A program made the position numbers and the translations under genes. DNA of 64,000 bases, from the NCBI GenBank assembly GCA_963977015.1, contig CAXBMO010000006.1:256001-320000 (forward strand). Reading direction: 5' to 3'. This DNA is from an uncultured bacterium (GTDB taxonomy: Bacteria > Verrucomicrobiota > Verrucomicrobiia > Verrucomicrobiales > DEV007). The notes beneath the pieces were generated by a model. The model worked only from the letters and a program-made list of their open reading frames with translations. It made no database searches and had not been told where the DNA came from. The first letter of the stretch is position 1. Each line of letters begins with the position of its first letter. This document shows positions 10,560 to 20,238 of this stretch, piece after piece.

Positions 10560-12977
10560 ATGAAACATCAACTCTTCCCCACCATCGCCGCCGCCCTGAC
10601 GGTCGTCATTTTCTTTGACCCGGCCGGGTTGCCCGCTGCCGGCGGAAAATCCGACATGCCGAACCCGGATTTCACCAAGGGCGATGCGATTCCGAAAGGG
10701 GCCACGCACGATTGGACACTCGGGCCGACCGGGACTCGGGGCTGGATGTATAGCAACAAGCTGGAAACGAGCGAGGCCCGTCAGATTTACCTGACCGAGG
10801 TGGAGCTCGGCTCGCCCGCCGATGGCGTTCTCGAGGTTGGCGATGTGATCCTGGGCCTCGGCGGCGAGCCGTTTTCGCAGGATCCACGCACCGCGTTCGG
10901 CAAGGCGATCGGAAGGGCGGAAGCGACCGATGGCGCCCTCACCCTGATGCGTTGGCGGAATGGAAAGACCGAGTCGGTCGCCGTGAAACTCCCCGTGCTT
11001 GGCGCCTACAGCTCGACGGCTCCCTTCCATTGTCCGAAGTCGCAGCGCATTCTCGAACAAGGTTTCAAGGTGCTGGCGGAGCGGATGAAGGCCGACCCCG
11101 GTGCCGGAAACGGGATCGTCCGTTCGCTCAACGCGCTTGCACTTCTTGCCAGCGGCAATCCGGACTATCTCCCCCTCGTCCGGGAACAGGTCGGGAAAGC
11201 CGCCCAGTATTCCGATCCGGATCGCAAATCGCTTCATTCGTGGTTTTACGGTCCGGCCACGATCCTCGTTGCGGAATACACCCTCGCAACGGGGGACGAG
11301 AGTTTCCTTCCCGATCTAACGCGACTTGCCAGGGAGATCGTCCGCGGGCAAAGCGCCGTGGGATCGTGGGGGCACAGGTTCACGCAGCCGGGTGGAAGGC
11401 TCGCCGGCTATGGCATGATGAATTCACCCGGCATTCCCCTGACCATCTCCCTCATCCTGGCTCGCAAGGCCGGGGTCGAGGATCCTGATCTGGATCGGGC
11501 CATTGAGAACAGTCTGATGTTGATCCGTTTTTACACCGGAAAAGGAAGCGTTCCCTACGGCGATCATCATCCCTGGACTCAGACCCATGACGACAACGGC
11601 AAGAACGGCATGGCTGCCGTGATGTTCAACCTGGTGGGGGAAGCCGCGCCCACGGAGTACTTCTCTCGAATGAGCGTCGCCTCGTATGGCGCCGAGCGAG
11701 ACACGGGACACACCGGCAATTTCTTCAATATCCAGTGGGCGCTGCCAGGCGTGGCGTTGTCAGGCCCCAACGCGAGCGGGGCGTGGATCGAGGAATTCGG
11801 CTGGCACTATGATCTTGCCCGCCGCTGGGACGGAACCTTCGTCCACCAGGGACCGCCGAGCATGCGACCGGACAAGTATCGCGGCTGGGACACGACGGGT
11901 GTCTACCTGCTATCCTACGCCCAACCGCTTGGAACCATTCATCTCACGGGCAAACAACCAAGCGTCGCGCAACCGGTCACCGAAGAGACCGCGGACAGCC
12001 TGATTGAGGACGGGCGGGGATGGAGCCCGAAAGAGAAGCACGCGGCCTACCGCGGGCGCAGCAGGGACGAACTGTTTGAAGGGCTGAAGAGTTGGTCTCC
12101 GGTCGTTCGCGAACGCTCGGCCATGGAGCTGGCAACGCGGGACGGCGAGTTGGTGACTCGTCTGATTGAACTGCTCGGTGACGATCATGACAAACACGCC
12201 CGATTGGGAGCCTGTCAGGCGCTGATCGAACTGGGAAAACGCGGTGCACCCGCCGTTCCCGCACTTCGGAAAACGCTCCAGGCAGACGATCTCTGGCTGC
12301 GCGTCAAGGCCGCCGAGGCCCTGGCCGCCATCGGTGATGCGGCCATGGATGCGGTCCCAGAGTTGCTCTCGATGCTCACGGTAACCGATCCGATGAGCGA
12401 TCCCCGGGGCATGGAACAGCGCTATCTCACCTTTGCCCTCTTCCAGCAACGGGGCGGCCTGTTGAAGAATTCCCTTGAAGGGGTTGATCGCGAAGCGCTT
12501 TACGAGGCTGTGCGGACCGGGCTCCGCAATGAAGACGGCCGCGCCCGCGGTGCGCTTGGATCGGTCTATCGGAATCTCTCTTCCGAGGAGATCCAACCGT
12601 TACTTCCCGCCATTCATCGCGCCGTGATCGAGCCCGCCCCCAGCGGAGTGATGTTTGCCGACGGCATTCGTCTGAGCGGTCTCGAGGTCCTCGCCAAGCA
12701 CCGCATCGCAGAAGGTCTGCCCCTCTGTCTGGAAGTGATGGAACTCGACCGCTGGGGAAAACAGGGCCGAATCACAAAGTGCCTCAACACCCTGCAGATC
12801 TACCGGGGCGCGGCCAGATCCATGCTTCCGGAACTCGAAACGCTCGAAGAGGAACTGAAGGCGCATCGGGAAGCCAAGGGAATGAAATCCCAGATTGAGC
12901 TGGTCCGCCAAACCATCAACGTCATCAAATCGGACCAGAATCCGCCGGAACTGCGACCGTTGAAAGCAACTCGTTAG
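10560..12977 (+). CDS. DUF6288-type protein with PDZ-like and HEAT-repeat regions
   Basis: HDWTLGPTGTRGW, GSPADGVLEVGDVILG (PDZ-like), GHTGNFF, HEAT-like RVKAAEALAAIG; signal peptide. Confidence 0.75.
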   Translation: MKHQLFPTIAAALTVVIFFDPAGLPAAGGKSDMPNPDFTKGDAIPKGATHDWTLGPTGTRGWMYSNKLETSEARQIYLTEVELGSPADGVLEVGDVILGLGGEPFSQDPRTAFGKAIGRAEATDGALTLMRWRNGKTESVAVKLPVLGAYSSTAPFHCPKSQRILEQGFKVLAERMKADPGAGNGIVRSLNALALLASGNPDYLPLVREQVGKAAQYSDPDRKSLHSWFYGPATILVAEYTLATGDESFLPDLTRLAREIVRGQSAVGSWGHRFTQPGGRLAGYGMMNSPGIPLTISLILARKAGVEDPDLDRAIENSLMLIRFYTGKGSVPYGDHHPWTQTHDDNGKNGMAAVMFNLVGEAAPTEYFSRMSVASYGAERDTGHTGNFFNIQWALPGVALSGPNASGAWIEEFGWHYDLARRWDGTFVHQGPPSMRPDKYRGWDTTGVYLLSYAQPLGTIHLTGKQPSVAQPVTEETADSLIEDGRGWSPKEKHAAYRGRSRDELFEGLKSWSPVVRERSAMELATRDGELVTRLIELLGDDHDKHARLGACQALIELGKRGAPAVPALRKTLQADDLWLRVKAAEALAAIGDAAMDAVPELLSMLTVTDPMSDPRGMEQRYLTFALFQQRGGLLKNSLEGVDREALYEAVRTGLRNEDGRARGALGSVYRNLSSEEIQPLLPAIHRAVIEPAPSGVMFADGIRLSGLEVLAKHRIAEGLPLCLEVMELDRWGKQGRITKCLNTLQIYRGAARSMLPELETLEEELKAHREAKGMKSQIELVRQTINVIKSDQNPPELRPLKATR

Positions 12978-13012
12978 GGCAAAGCCGGGATCAACTCCTG
13001 TTGCGTTAAGAG

Positions 13013-13549
13013 GAATGGCGCTTGGTGAAGAGGGGCATCGTGCAATTTGCGTTGGTCCACAGGGTTCATCTTCGTGGAACCGCGATCGACAACCAGACAG
13101 TTGTCCTCGTTCGCGAAGGCATAACACGGAAGAACCGCCCTCAAGGAGTCACCGCTTCACCGGCATGAAGCCGGTGGTGGGTTTCGCGCCTTCGAATTCG
13201 ATTCTGGTCGTTAATCGTGCTTCCACCGGCGCAAGACCGGAGGAGATCAATGGTGGTTAACCAAGCGCCATTCGGGGTAAGAGGAATGGCGCTTGGATAA
13301 CGAGCTTCGTCGGCAAAGGCAAGCTGAAGGCTTCCTAGCCATTAGCCCCGGGTCGAGCGCCAGCGAACACCCGGGGTCAGGCATCGAACCCAAGATCCAT
13401 CCCGGGAGGGATGGTAGCATCGTGGCTGCGATCCCTGCCGGGATCGCCAGTTCTTGACCTTTGGTTCCCCGGGTATCGCTTCACTCAACCCGGGGCTAAT
13501 CGCTGAACAAGCCTCCGGCTTTGTTTCCCTCGTAAACCAAGCGCCATTC
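13013..13549. repeat. Two tandem MITE/REPIN-like units bounded by inverted repeats GAATGGCGCTTGG / CCAAGCGCCATTC
   Basis: Motif at 13013 and 13284, inverse ending at 13273 and 13549; internal hairpins CACCGGCATGAAGCCGGTG, TAGCCCCGGG...CCCGGGGCTA, CATCCCGGGAGGGATG. Confidence 0.75.
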
Positions 13550-13567
13550 GGGCCAAGAGCCGCGAAG

Positions 13568-13821
13568 ACCAATGAATGGCTGGATCAACAAGACGTTCCC
13601 TCGATCGCAACACCCGTGGATCAGCATTCGATATCCCGACGGCCCGAAAGGTCGACCGAAGGAGAATCCATGACTGATGGGAACCGCCCGGTGCAATGGA
13701 GCGAAGCGACATAGATAGCCGAAAGGCTACCGCAAAGCGGCAAGGGAGGAACGACCGCAGTCAAACCCGCGCGCCGGGTGGTGTGGGGGGGAGCGGGTTC
13801 AATCCCCGGTTCCTACCCAAT
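13568..13821 (+). mobile_element. 3' remnant of a group IIC (attC-type) intron: end of maturase ORF plus domains V-VI
   Basis: TNEWLDQQDVPSI / frameshift / WISIRYPDGPKG resembles IIC-attC maturase C-termini; GAACCGCCCGGTGC...ACCCGCGCGCCGGGTGGTGTGGGGG (DV) and CCTACCCAAT end. Confidence 0.8.
13695..13764 (+). repeat. About 70 bp hairpin-rich insertion in intron DV (copy 1)
   Basis: AATGGAGCGAAGCGACATAGATAGCCGAAAGGCT...TCAA; similar copy at 14613-14678. Confidence 0.65.
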
Positions 13822-14368
13822 TCGCATAGATTTTGTGGTCGACCCAATCACCATAGAGATTCTCTGCTCTCTCTTGAATCTTGATAAGGTCGAATCCTAG
13901 ATTTTCAGCGATTCGTTCGCTCGCCAGGTTTCCAATTGCAGTGCGAATCTCAAAGTTCACAATCCCATATGCACTCTCGAAATACGACATAAGTTCTCTG
14001 CAAGCGTTGGTGATGATTCCGCAACCGCGAAAGGTCGGATCTAAACTATACGACAATTCTGCGAGTCTAGGCTCCCAATCAATTCTTTTTGCTGCGAGCA
14101 TTCCGATAATAGACTCTTTGTGCAGAACAAAGAACCTTAGCGATCTACCTTCAGACTTAGATCTCGAAGATTGGTCGTAGCGCCGCGTGATGTCTTCTTC
14201 GCATTTGACATCGTCCACCCAAGAAAGCCACCTACGCAAATCGAAACGATAGCAGTCGATCATCCGGTAGAACTCTTTCGAGTCGTCCCGGCGCATGAGC
14301 CGGATACTCACTTCGCTGGTGACGCGAATAGTCAACTCATCCGGCAGTCCTGTGATTTGTTCCTGTAT
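13799..14368 (-). CDS. RimJ/RimL-family GNAT N-acetyltransferase (cassette ORF; 3' end altered by the intron)
   Basis: LRRWLSWV, AELSYSLDPTFRGCGIITNA, NLASERIAENLGF; RBS AAAGGAG precedes an in-frame ATA at 14368, so start is uncertain. Confidence 0.8.
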   Translation of the reverse strand: MQEQITGLPDELTIRVTSEVSIRLMRRDDSKEFYRMIDCYRFDLRRWLSWVDDVKCEEDITRRYDQSSRSKSEGRSLRFFVLHKESIIGMLAAKRIDWEPRLAELSYSLDPTFRGCGIITNACRELMSYFESAYGIVNFEIRTAIGNLASERIAENLGFDLIKIQERAENLYGDWVDHKIYANWVGTGD

Positions 14369-14387
14369 TCGATCTCCTTTCTTGTTT

Positions 14388-14494
14388 TGCCAACGTTTTG
14401 GTTCTGGTGCCGCCGGGTAGGCGGGCCACATTCTCCCACGCTTTGGCGGTCTCCAGCAACCGATTGTGTGTGCCCAGCATGGGCGTTGTTCTAC
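14388..14494 (-). other. attC-like recombination site (degenerate or composite)
   Basis: Minus strand GTAGAAC...GGTTGCTGGAGACCGCC...GGCGGCACCAGAACC...GTTGGCA; imperfect palindrome with an unpaired G, directly upstream of the GNAT ORF. Confidence 0.6.
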
Positions 14495-14612
14495 GGGGTG
14501 CAAGTCCCCGGTGTGAGAATCGTTGCTGAAACGATGAAAATCAGAGTAACCAGAAGCACTAGCAGAAGCCAACTGCGTCCGGGTAACCGGTCGTGGGGAG
14601 GAAGGTTATGCG

Positions 14613-14678
14613 AATGGGAGCGAAGCGGACATCGACAGCCGTTAGGCTGCCCGAAGGGTGGAGTGCCAGCGCTATCAA
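14613..14678 (+). repeat. About 66 bp hairpin-rich element (copy 2)
   Basis: AATGGGAGCGAAGCGGACATCGACAGCCGTTAGGCTGCCCGAAGGG...TCAA; same ends and core as 13695-13764. Confidence 0.65.
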
Positions 14679-15256
14679 TGGGCGCATGAGATGCAGCTTT
14701 ACAGCCAAACCTTCGGGGAATTCGCCGAACAATCAGCACGTCACTGTCTATGGGCCAAAGCTTAGCTAGCCAACCAAAAAGCGAAAGGCAAAACCCATAC
14801 AACGGTTGTTCGAGCATTAGCCTTCAAATGGCAACGAATCATGTTCGCGTGTTGGCAACGCGGGGAAACCGATGACGATCTCAAATACGAAGCAAGCTTA
14901 TCAAGGCGAGGCAGTCAATTCGCAGCTTCGCCGGGCCAAGAGGAATCGAAAAAGCGCTTCAAGAACGAAAAATATCCGCAAGGATCGCCCTTCTTTCGAA
15001 GTCGGCGTAGCCGGAACATTGTAATCGATCAAGGGGAAGAAGAATTCAATGGCGACCTGTACCAAAAAGCAAAAAACTATCGACAGACCACCTCAGATGT
15101 TCGAATCGCCGATAGCCAGCTGTCATCGTCGTGATATTCACGCCGTAAATGTGGCTTTCTCGTTTGCTGCACGCAAGAGAGATCGTCCGCAAGGGGCGAC
15201 GGTTCGCTGATCGCGGAGAATGCTGTCTCCAGTGGTGGGCCCGAAATATGCTTCCT

Positions 15257-15787
15257 TTAGGACTTTGGTGTTTTTCCTGATCCAATGATCACATCCGCGA
15301 TTCCATCACAGAGCCAATCCAGCCCCCCATTCAAAAATCGGATAGCTCCGCGCATCTGCTTCCTCCTTTTGGGTGAAGCTCTTGAATAAGTATCCTCAAG
15401 CCCAGTACCTGCATACGCGCCTCGGATGAAATGTACAAATTGGATCCACATAGGAGCTGTAATTGCTATCCCAAGCCATTTCGCTACTCCATTAAGCTTC
15501 ATTATAAGCCCTATCACTGCTAAGAGGAGACTAACTGCTCCGATAATAGAAAGTACCAGTTTGATCTGTGCGCTTAGATTTCCCTTTCTCGCTTCCTTCC
15601 AGTTCGCAGCAATTTCCTCGACTTCGTCACTCAGGGGGTCGGGCCTACTCTTTGTCTCGGTGTGCGTTTCCCATTGAAACCCACATTTGGGACATGTGAT
15701 GCGGAGTGGTTTTTGACTTACCGGAATCCGCAGCGACTGACCACATCTGACGCAATCAATGATTCTCTTCGCAGGTGGATTGTACAT
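15257..15787 (-). CDS. Cassette-borne zinc-ribbon membrane protein
   Basis: CVRCG...CPKCG, two hydrophobic helices, AT-rich; bounded by GTTCGCT (15836-15830) and AGCGAAC (15208-15202). Confidence 0.7.
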   Translation of the reverse strand: MYNPPAKRIIDCVRCGQSLRIPVSQKPLRITCPKCGFQWETHTETKSRPDPLSDEVEEIAANWKEARKGNLSAQIKLVLSIIGAVSLLLAVIGLIMKLNGVAKWLGIAITAPMWIQFVHFIRGAYAGTGLEDTYSRASPKRRKQMRGAIRFLNGGLDWLCDGIADVIIGSGKTPKS

Positions 15788-15829
15788 TTGGGTGTCGTTT
15801 CGGCGTTGAGTCTACAAACCCGGATCTTC

Positions 15830-15888
15830 AGCGAACGTCCGGCACCACCCGTACCGATCAGGCGTCGGTGTGCGTGCCATTGTTAGCC
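15830..15888 (-). other. Integron attC site (59 bp)
   Basis: Minus strand GGCTAAC AATGGCACGCACACCGA CGCCTGA TCGGT ACGG GTG GTGCC GGAC GTTCGCT; palindrome with extrahelical base, 19 nt after a stop codon. Confidence 0.8.
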
Positions 15889-15907
15889 TAGCCGTAGTGC
15901 CAAGACA

Positions 15908-16615
15908 CTACTCAAGGATTGCCCTCTTTTTCTTCAGAAACTCTTCTTCAGTCAAAACTCCCTTTTCTCTGAGTGCCCCCAACCGCTCCAATTGAACCAG
16001 TTGGTCCTCGTCGTTAGAATTCTTGATTTCCTGTAGCTTGCCAAGATATTTTATCACGGAATCAGCGATATCATCAATAGCTGCTGAAGTCGAAAACTCT
16101 CTACGGTCGGACGCTACCATTAATCTTCCCTCCTTGGTTATCATGTATTTAGTCACCTCCTGGAGTGGGATTCTCTCACTCTTCACTTCCAGTGTTGCGA
16201 TGGTAAGTGCTGTGGAGAGAATGTTTCCTAAGATACCGCCACCCATGTCTTTTTCGACTCCCTTTGACTCTATGAGAAAGATATTCTCGAACGTGCAAGC
16301 AATAATGCCGTTGCCTGTAATCCATATCTTCCTAACTTCCTCAGCAGGTTGAAGTTCTTCTCGAAGTTTGTCCGGGTATTTCTCATATACATCAATCGCA
16401 GACTTCATTCTGATTTCCTCTTCACCGGGATATGAGACAGGTTCGCCGCGATGAAGCTCGTCTATCGCTTCTCGGAAAACATTATCTACTTTGTCGCCCA
16501 GAAAGATCGCTTTACAATTGACGCATTGCACTTCGGCCCTCCGCAACACTTCGGGTATTTGGTGTTCTTGGCCACATTTGGGGCATGGCACAATCAGAGC
16601 GTTTTCGTTATTCAT
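15908..16615 (-). CDS. Cassette-borne zinc-ribbon and SHOCT domain protein
   Basis: CPKCG...CVNC N-terminus; QLERLGALREKGVLTEEEFLKKKRAIL SHOCT C-terminus; core site GTTAGCC (16636-16630) just upstream. Confidence 0.78.
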   Translation of the reverse strand: MNNENALIVPCPKCGQEHQIPEVLRRAEVQCVNCKAIFLGDKVDNVFREAIDELHRGEPVSYPGEEEIRMKSAIDVYEKYPDKLREELQPAEEVRKIWITGNGIIACTFENIFLIESKGVEKDMGGGILGNILSTALTIATLEVKSERIPLQEVTKYMITKEGRLMVASDRREFSTSAAIDDIADSVIKYLGKLQEIKNSNDEDQLVQLERLGALREKGVLTEEEFLKKKRAILE

Positions 16616-16933
16616 TTTCAAGATTGTGGGGCTAACAGTATAATATTCCACTTGAAGGGCCGATATCCAAATCATGAAATTGGGCTTAAATGATTAAGAA
16701 ATGTTGATTGGTTGCCTTTGGTATTCATGATGATTCACGAGGGTTGTGGGAATTGTCAAAATCTGGCTGCCGCTCTGAGATTGCTAGTGGACTAGCAATA
16801 CGGGATTTTGCCGATTTCGACAAGGAAGTTTCGAGACGTTTTTGAGGTGGAATATCGGAGGGAGTGGAGGAGGCGGATTGACTTTGATGATTGGGTGGAG
16901 CTTCTTGGACTTGCCATCCATCGGCTTGAGCCC

Positions 16934-17092
16934 AGCCTGAAAGGCATGGAACATGCCAGCCCCGGCCAGAGGGCGGAACGCCCGGCGGGCCGGGGAAAAT
17001 ACCGGTGGTCATGGAAAGGCCTGAAAGGCCGGGACACAGGTGGACCGCCCCTTTCAGGGGCCGATTTCCCCCTTCGGCAATCCCAGGGCCGG
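16934..17092. repeat. REP-like hairpin cluster
   Basis: GCCTGAAAGGC twice, inverse CCCTTTCAGGG, and CCCCGGCC...GGCCGGGG arms in non-coding DNA. Confidence 0.55.
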
Positions 17093-17266
17093 GGTGGTGC
17101 TCTCGCAACGGCGCGACGAGCGCGGCGGCGGGGGTTGAGTCGGCTGGAATGATTGGGGATTGCCTAACCGGTTTTGGTCTGATACGTGAGCTGGCTGCCC
17201 AAAAGATAGGGTGAAGGGCTATAACTCACGATTCTGCTTCAATCCCTTTGGAGACGGTTTCATCAA

Positions 17267-18406
17267 TCAGCGTGGTCGAAGAACTTGTGCACCGGCTCGA
17301 ATTTGGCCAGGGGTCTTGTCGAGGCGTTGTTTCAGGACGTAGCCGAGGTATTCCTGGTGGCGAAAGCCGGTTCGCGAGGCGATTTCGGCAAAGGGGAGGT
17401 CGGAACGCCGGATCAGGTCGACGGCACGTTTCAGGCGATGGTCGACGAGAAATTCGCGGATGCTCCGGCCAGTGGCGAGGCGGAAGCGTTGTTGGATGCG
17501 ACTGCGGGAGACGCCGGCGGCCCGCCCGATGGCTTCGTTGTCGATCGGCGATGCCAGGTTCTCCCGGATGAACTGCATTGCTTTGCGGACGACGGGATCG
17601 GAGATGCCGCGGCTGTCGGTGGATTCCCGGTCCACGATTCCGGTCGGCGGGACCAGAACCGTCGATGCCGGTGGGGCTTCGCCATCGAGGAGCCGGTCCA
17701 TCCACTTTGCGGCTTCGAATCCGACACGGAAGTGGCCGCCCCGAACGCTGGTGAGCGGCGGTGCGCTGATTTCGCACAACGCGAGGTCGTTATCGACTCC
17801 GGCGACGGCGGCCTGCTCGGGCACGCTGATGCCTTCGATGCGGCAGGCCTCGAGGAGGATGAGTCCGCCTTGGTCGCTGCAAACCATGATTGCCACCGGT
17901 TTCGGCAGTCCGCGCAGCCAGGCCCGCAACCTCCGGTCGTCCGGATGGCGGCCGGTTTCGAGTACGTGAAACGATTTCGCGTCTTTGCAGGATTGCCGGA
18001 AGGCGTCGCGACGGCGCTCTGACCAGTTCTCGCCCTCGATGCCGTAGAAGGCGAAATGCTGGAAGTCGCGCTGGAGAAAGTGATCGGCGATGAGCGCCGA
18101 AATTTGGTGGTCGTCGACGTGGACCAATGGGAAATTGGTTTCGTAAACACCGAGCACGTCGATGACCGGAATCTTCAATCGATTTAGGTTGTGGGCGATT
18201 TCGGCATTTTGAACCCGGGCAATCACGCCATCGCCGTCCCAATCGTCGAGCCAGTCCGGAACGGCTTCCTCAAGGCTGCGCACGGCGTGAAAAACCTCCC
18301 AATTCTCCGTTTGATGGGCAAAACTGGCGATCCCGCGCAGAATCTCCCGCCCGGAGCCGAGGGAGGTTTCCACGATCAGGGCGACTTTTTTTCGTTGTCC
18401 GTGCAT
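17267..18406 (-). CDS. xylR: XylR-type regulator (LacI-like sensor + AraC HTH)
   Basis: KKVALIVETSLGSGREILRGI, DGVIAR, LPKPVAIMVCSD, GVDND..LCE...PPLTSV, IASRTGF; divergent from exbB. Confidence 0.85.
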   Translation of the reverse strand: MHGQRKKVALIVETSLGSGREILRGIASFAHQTENWEVFHAVRSLEEAVPDWLDDWDGDGVIARVQNAEIAHNLNRLKIPVIDVLGVYETNFPLVHVDDHQISALIADHFLQRDFQHFAFYGIEGENWSERRRDAFRQSCKDAKSFHVLETGRHPDDRRLRAWLRGLPKPVAIMVCSDQGGLILLEACRIEGISVPEQAAVAGVDNDLALCEISAPPLTSVRGGHFRVGFEAAKWMDRLLDGEAPPASTVLVPPTGIVDRESTDSRGISDPVVRKAMQFIRENLASPIDNEAIGRAAGVSRSRIQQRFRLATGRSIREFLVDHRLKRAVDLIRRSDLPFAEIASRTGFRHQEYLGYVLKQRLDKTPGQIRAGAQVLRPR

Positions 18407-18513
18407 CGGTTTCGCAGTGATCCGATTTCTACAAAGTTTAAACCATTCTCTCAAGAGGAAAGCGTTGCCAGCCCGGATTCCAGCTTCTTAGGTGGAGGCT
18501 CTGTTCAAACGTT

Positions 18514-19314
18514 ATGAAACCCCTCAAACTTGCCCTCTATCTAGGCCTGGGATGGCTGTTGCTGTGCCCTTCCTTCGCTGCTGAAGAAAACGCAACGCCG
18601 CAGGAAGCCGCCGAATCGGAACTGATCGAAGATCCGCTGGGCTCCGAACTGGTGGAGGTGAACTGGCTGGAAGAGATGATGGAAGGCGGGCTGACGATGG
18701 TGGCGCTGAGCATCCTGTCCGTGGCCCTGGTCGCTTTGCTGATCGAACGTTTCCTGACACTGAAGCCGGAAAAATTCGTTCCCTCGCCGTTGATCGAGAC
18801 GGTCCGGCCGCTGTTCGCGAAGAACGATTTTGCGGGGATCCGAAGCGCCTGCGACGAGCATCCCTCAACCGCGGCGGAGGTTATCCGGCATTGCGTGGAT
18901 TACCGGGAAACGGAGTTCGATCTGCTCCAGACGAGCGCGGCGGATATCGCGGCCCGCGCCGTGGTCGATCAGGAAGAGAAGTGCAATCCGCTCAGTGTCA
19001 TCGCGGGCGTGGCGCCCTTGCTGGGACTGCTCGGAACGATGATCGGGATGATCGAGTCCTTCAAGCTGGTGGAGGTTTTCGGGGATGAAGGAGGCGCATC
19101 GTTGCTGGCGGGATCGATTTCCAAGGCGCTCATCACCACGGCCGTCGGGCTGATTCTGGCGATTCCCGCCGTGCTGGGCTACCACTGGGCGCGACGCCGG
19201 GTTCATCACATCTCCAACGCGATGGAGGTGGAGACGGAATCGCTGCTCAAGCACTGGTTTCTCCTCAAGGCCGCCGATTCCGATTCTGATTCTGAAACCG
19301 CCGTTGCGTCGTGA
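18514..19314 (+). CDS. exbB: MotA/TolQ/ExbB proton channel protein
   Basis: APLLGLLGTMIGMIESF, ISKALITTAVGLILAIPA; signal peptide. Confidence 0.9.
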   Translation: MKPLKLALYLGLGWLLLCPSFAAEENATPQEAAESELIEDPLGSELVEVNWLEEMMEGGLTMVALSILSVALVALLIERFLTLKPEKFVPSPLIETVRPLFAKNDFAGIRSACDEHPSTAAEVIRHCVDYRETEFDLLQTSAADIAARAVVDQEEKCNPLSVIAGVAPLLGLLGTMIGMIESFKLVEVFGDEGGASLLAGSISKALITTAVGLILAIPAVLGYHWARRRVHHISNAMEVETESLLKHWFLLKAADSDSDSETAVAS

Positions 19315-19784
19315 ACCTTCGCTCCCGTCGCAAGAAGCCGCCGGAATCAGGAGTGTTGCTTTCGCCCCTGATCGATTGCGTGTTTCTGCTGCTGATCTTT
19401 TTCCTGGTTACCAGCATGATTAAGCGATTCGAGCGGCAGATCCCGGTGACCCTGGCGGATGACACGTCCGCCATCACCCTCGATCCCCACGACGACTCCT
19501 TTCCCATTGGCGTAACCACGGAAGGCCGGCTCTATGGCCCGAGCCGCAAGAATGAATACGGGGTGCGCATCTTTGAGCCCCTGGATGATCCGGAAGCCTT
19601 TCTCAAGCAATTGATCGTCGATCACGGGTCCCGTTCTCCGGTCACGGTGTTGGTGGAGCGCGGCACGTCGTTCCAGAAGGTGATTCGAGTCCAGGACCAA
19701 CTGGAACTGATCGGGTTCGAGAATATCCGTTTCCGAATTCGGGATCTTCCACTCAACAACACCCGATCCGGCATTCGAAGTTAG
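19311..19784 (+). CDS. exbD: ExbD/TolR family protein
   Basis: LSPLIDCVFLLLIFFLV with conserved Asp; GTGA overlap with exbB. Confidence 0.88.
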   Translation: MNLRSRRKKPPESGVLLSPLIDCVFLLLIFFLVTSMIKRFERQIPVTLADDTSAITLDPHDDSFPIGVTTEGRLYGPSRKNEYGVRIFEPLDDPEAFLKQLIVDHGSRSPVTVLVERGTSFQKVIRVQDQLELIGFENIRFRIRDLPLNNTRSGIRS

Positions 19785-19803
19785 TTAGCCGCCTCCCACC
19801 GCC

Positions 19804-20229
19804 ATGCGAATACGCCGCCGCAGCAATCAACCCGACGCCGAGGTCTCCATGGGGCCGCTGATCGACTGCGTCTTTCTTCTGCTGATCTTCTTCCTCGTCG
19901 CGACGATGTATAAGAAGGAGGATCGCGATATCGACATCGTTCCGCCGGAATCTTCCTCCGCCGTGAGAATGCCGCCGGACGACGACCAGGTGGTTCTCGG
20001 GATCGACCGGTTTGGCGAGGTTTTTTGGCAAGGGTCCGCGGTGTCGCGCACGGACCTGCATCGCCGCCTGCGGGATCTGGCGCAGACGGAACCGGACCGG
20101 CAGATTCGGCTCGATGCGGACTCTGAGACCCCTTTTGAACTCGTCGTCGAACTGCTGGACATCTGCCAGTTTCGCGGATTGGGCAACGTGGGAATCCGAA
20201 CCTATGATGATCGCTATAACCAACGCTGA
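19804..20229 (+). CDS. exbD: ExbD/TolR family protein
   Basis: MGPLIDCVFLLLIFFLV; IRLDADSETPFELVVELLD. Confidence 0.9.
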   Translation: MRIRRRSNQPDAEVSMGPLIDCVFLLLIFFLVATMYKKEDRDIDIVPPESSSAVRMPPDDDQVVLGIDRFGEVFWQGSAVSRTDLHRRLRDLAQTEPDRQIRLDADSETPFELVVELLDICQFRGLGNVGIRTYDDRYNQR

Positions 20230-20238
20230 CTACCGCGC

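Noticed and set aside
14940-15010. SKEGRSLRIFFVL resembling SKSEGRSLRFFVL in the GNAT
   Set aside because: Similarity does not extend on either side; treated as coincidence in decayed DNA
16792-17037. Integron integrase remnant (LLHSLRYS)
   Set aside because: Single short motif in an ORF overlapping REP-like DNA; no other recombinase motifs
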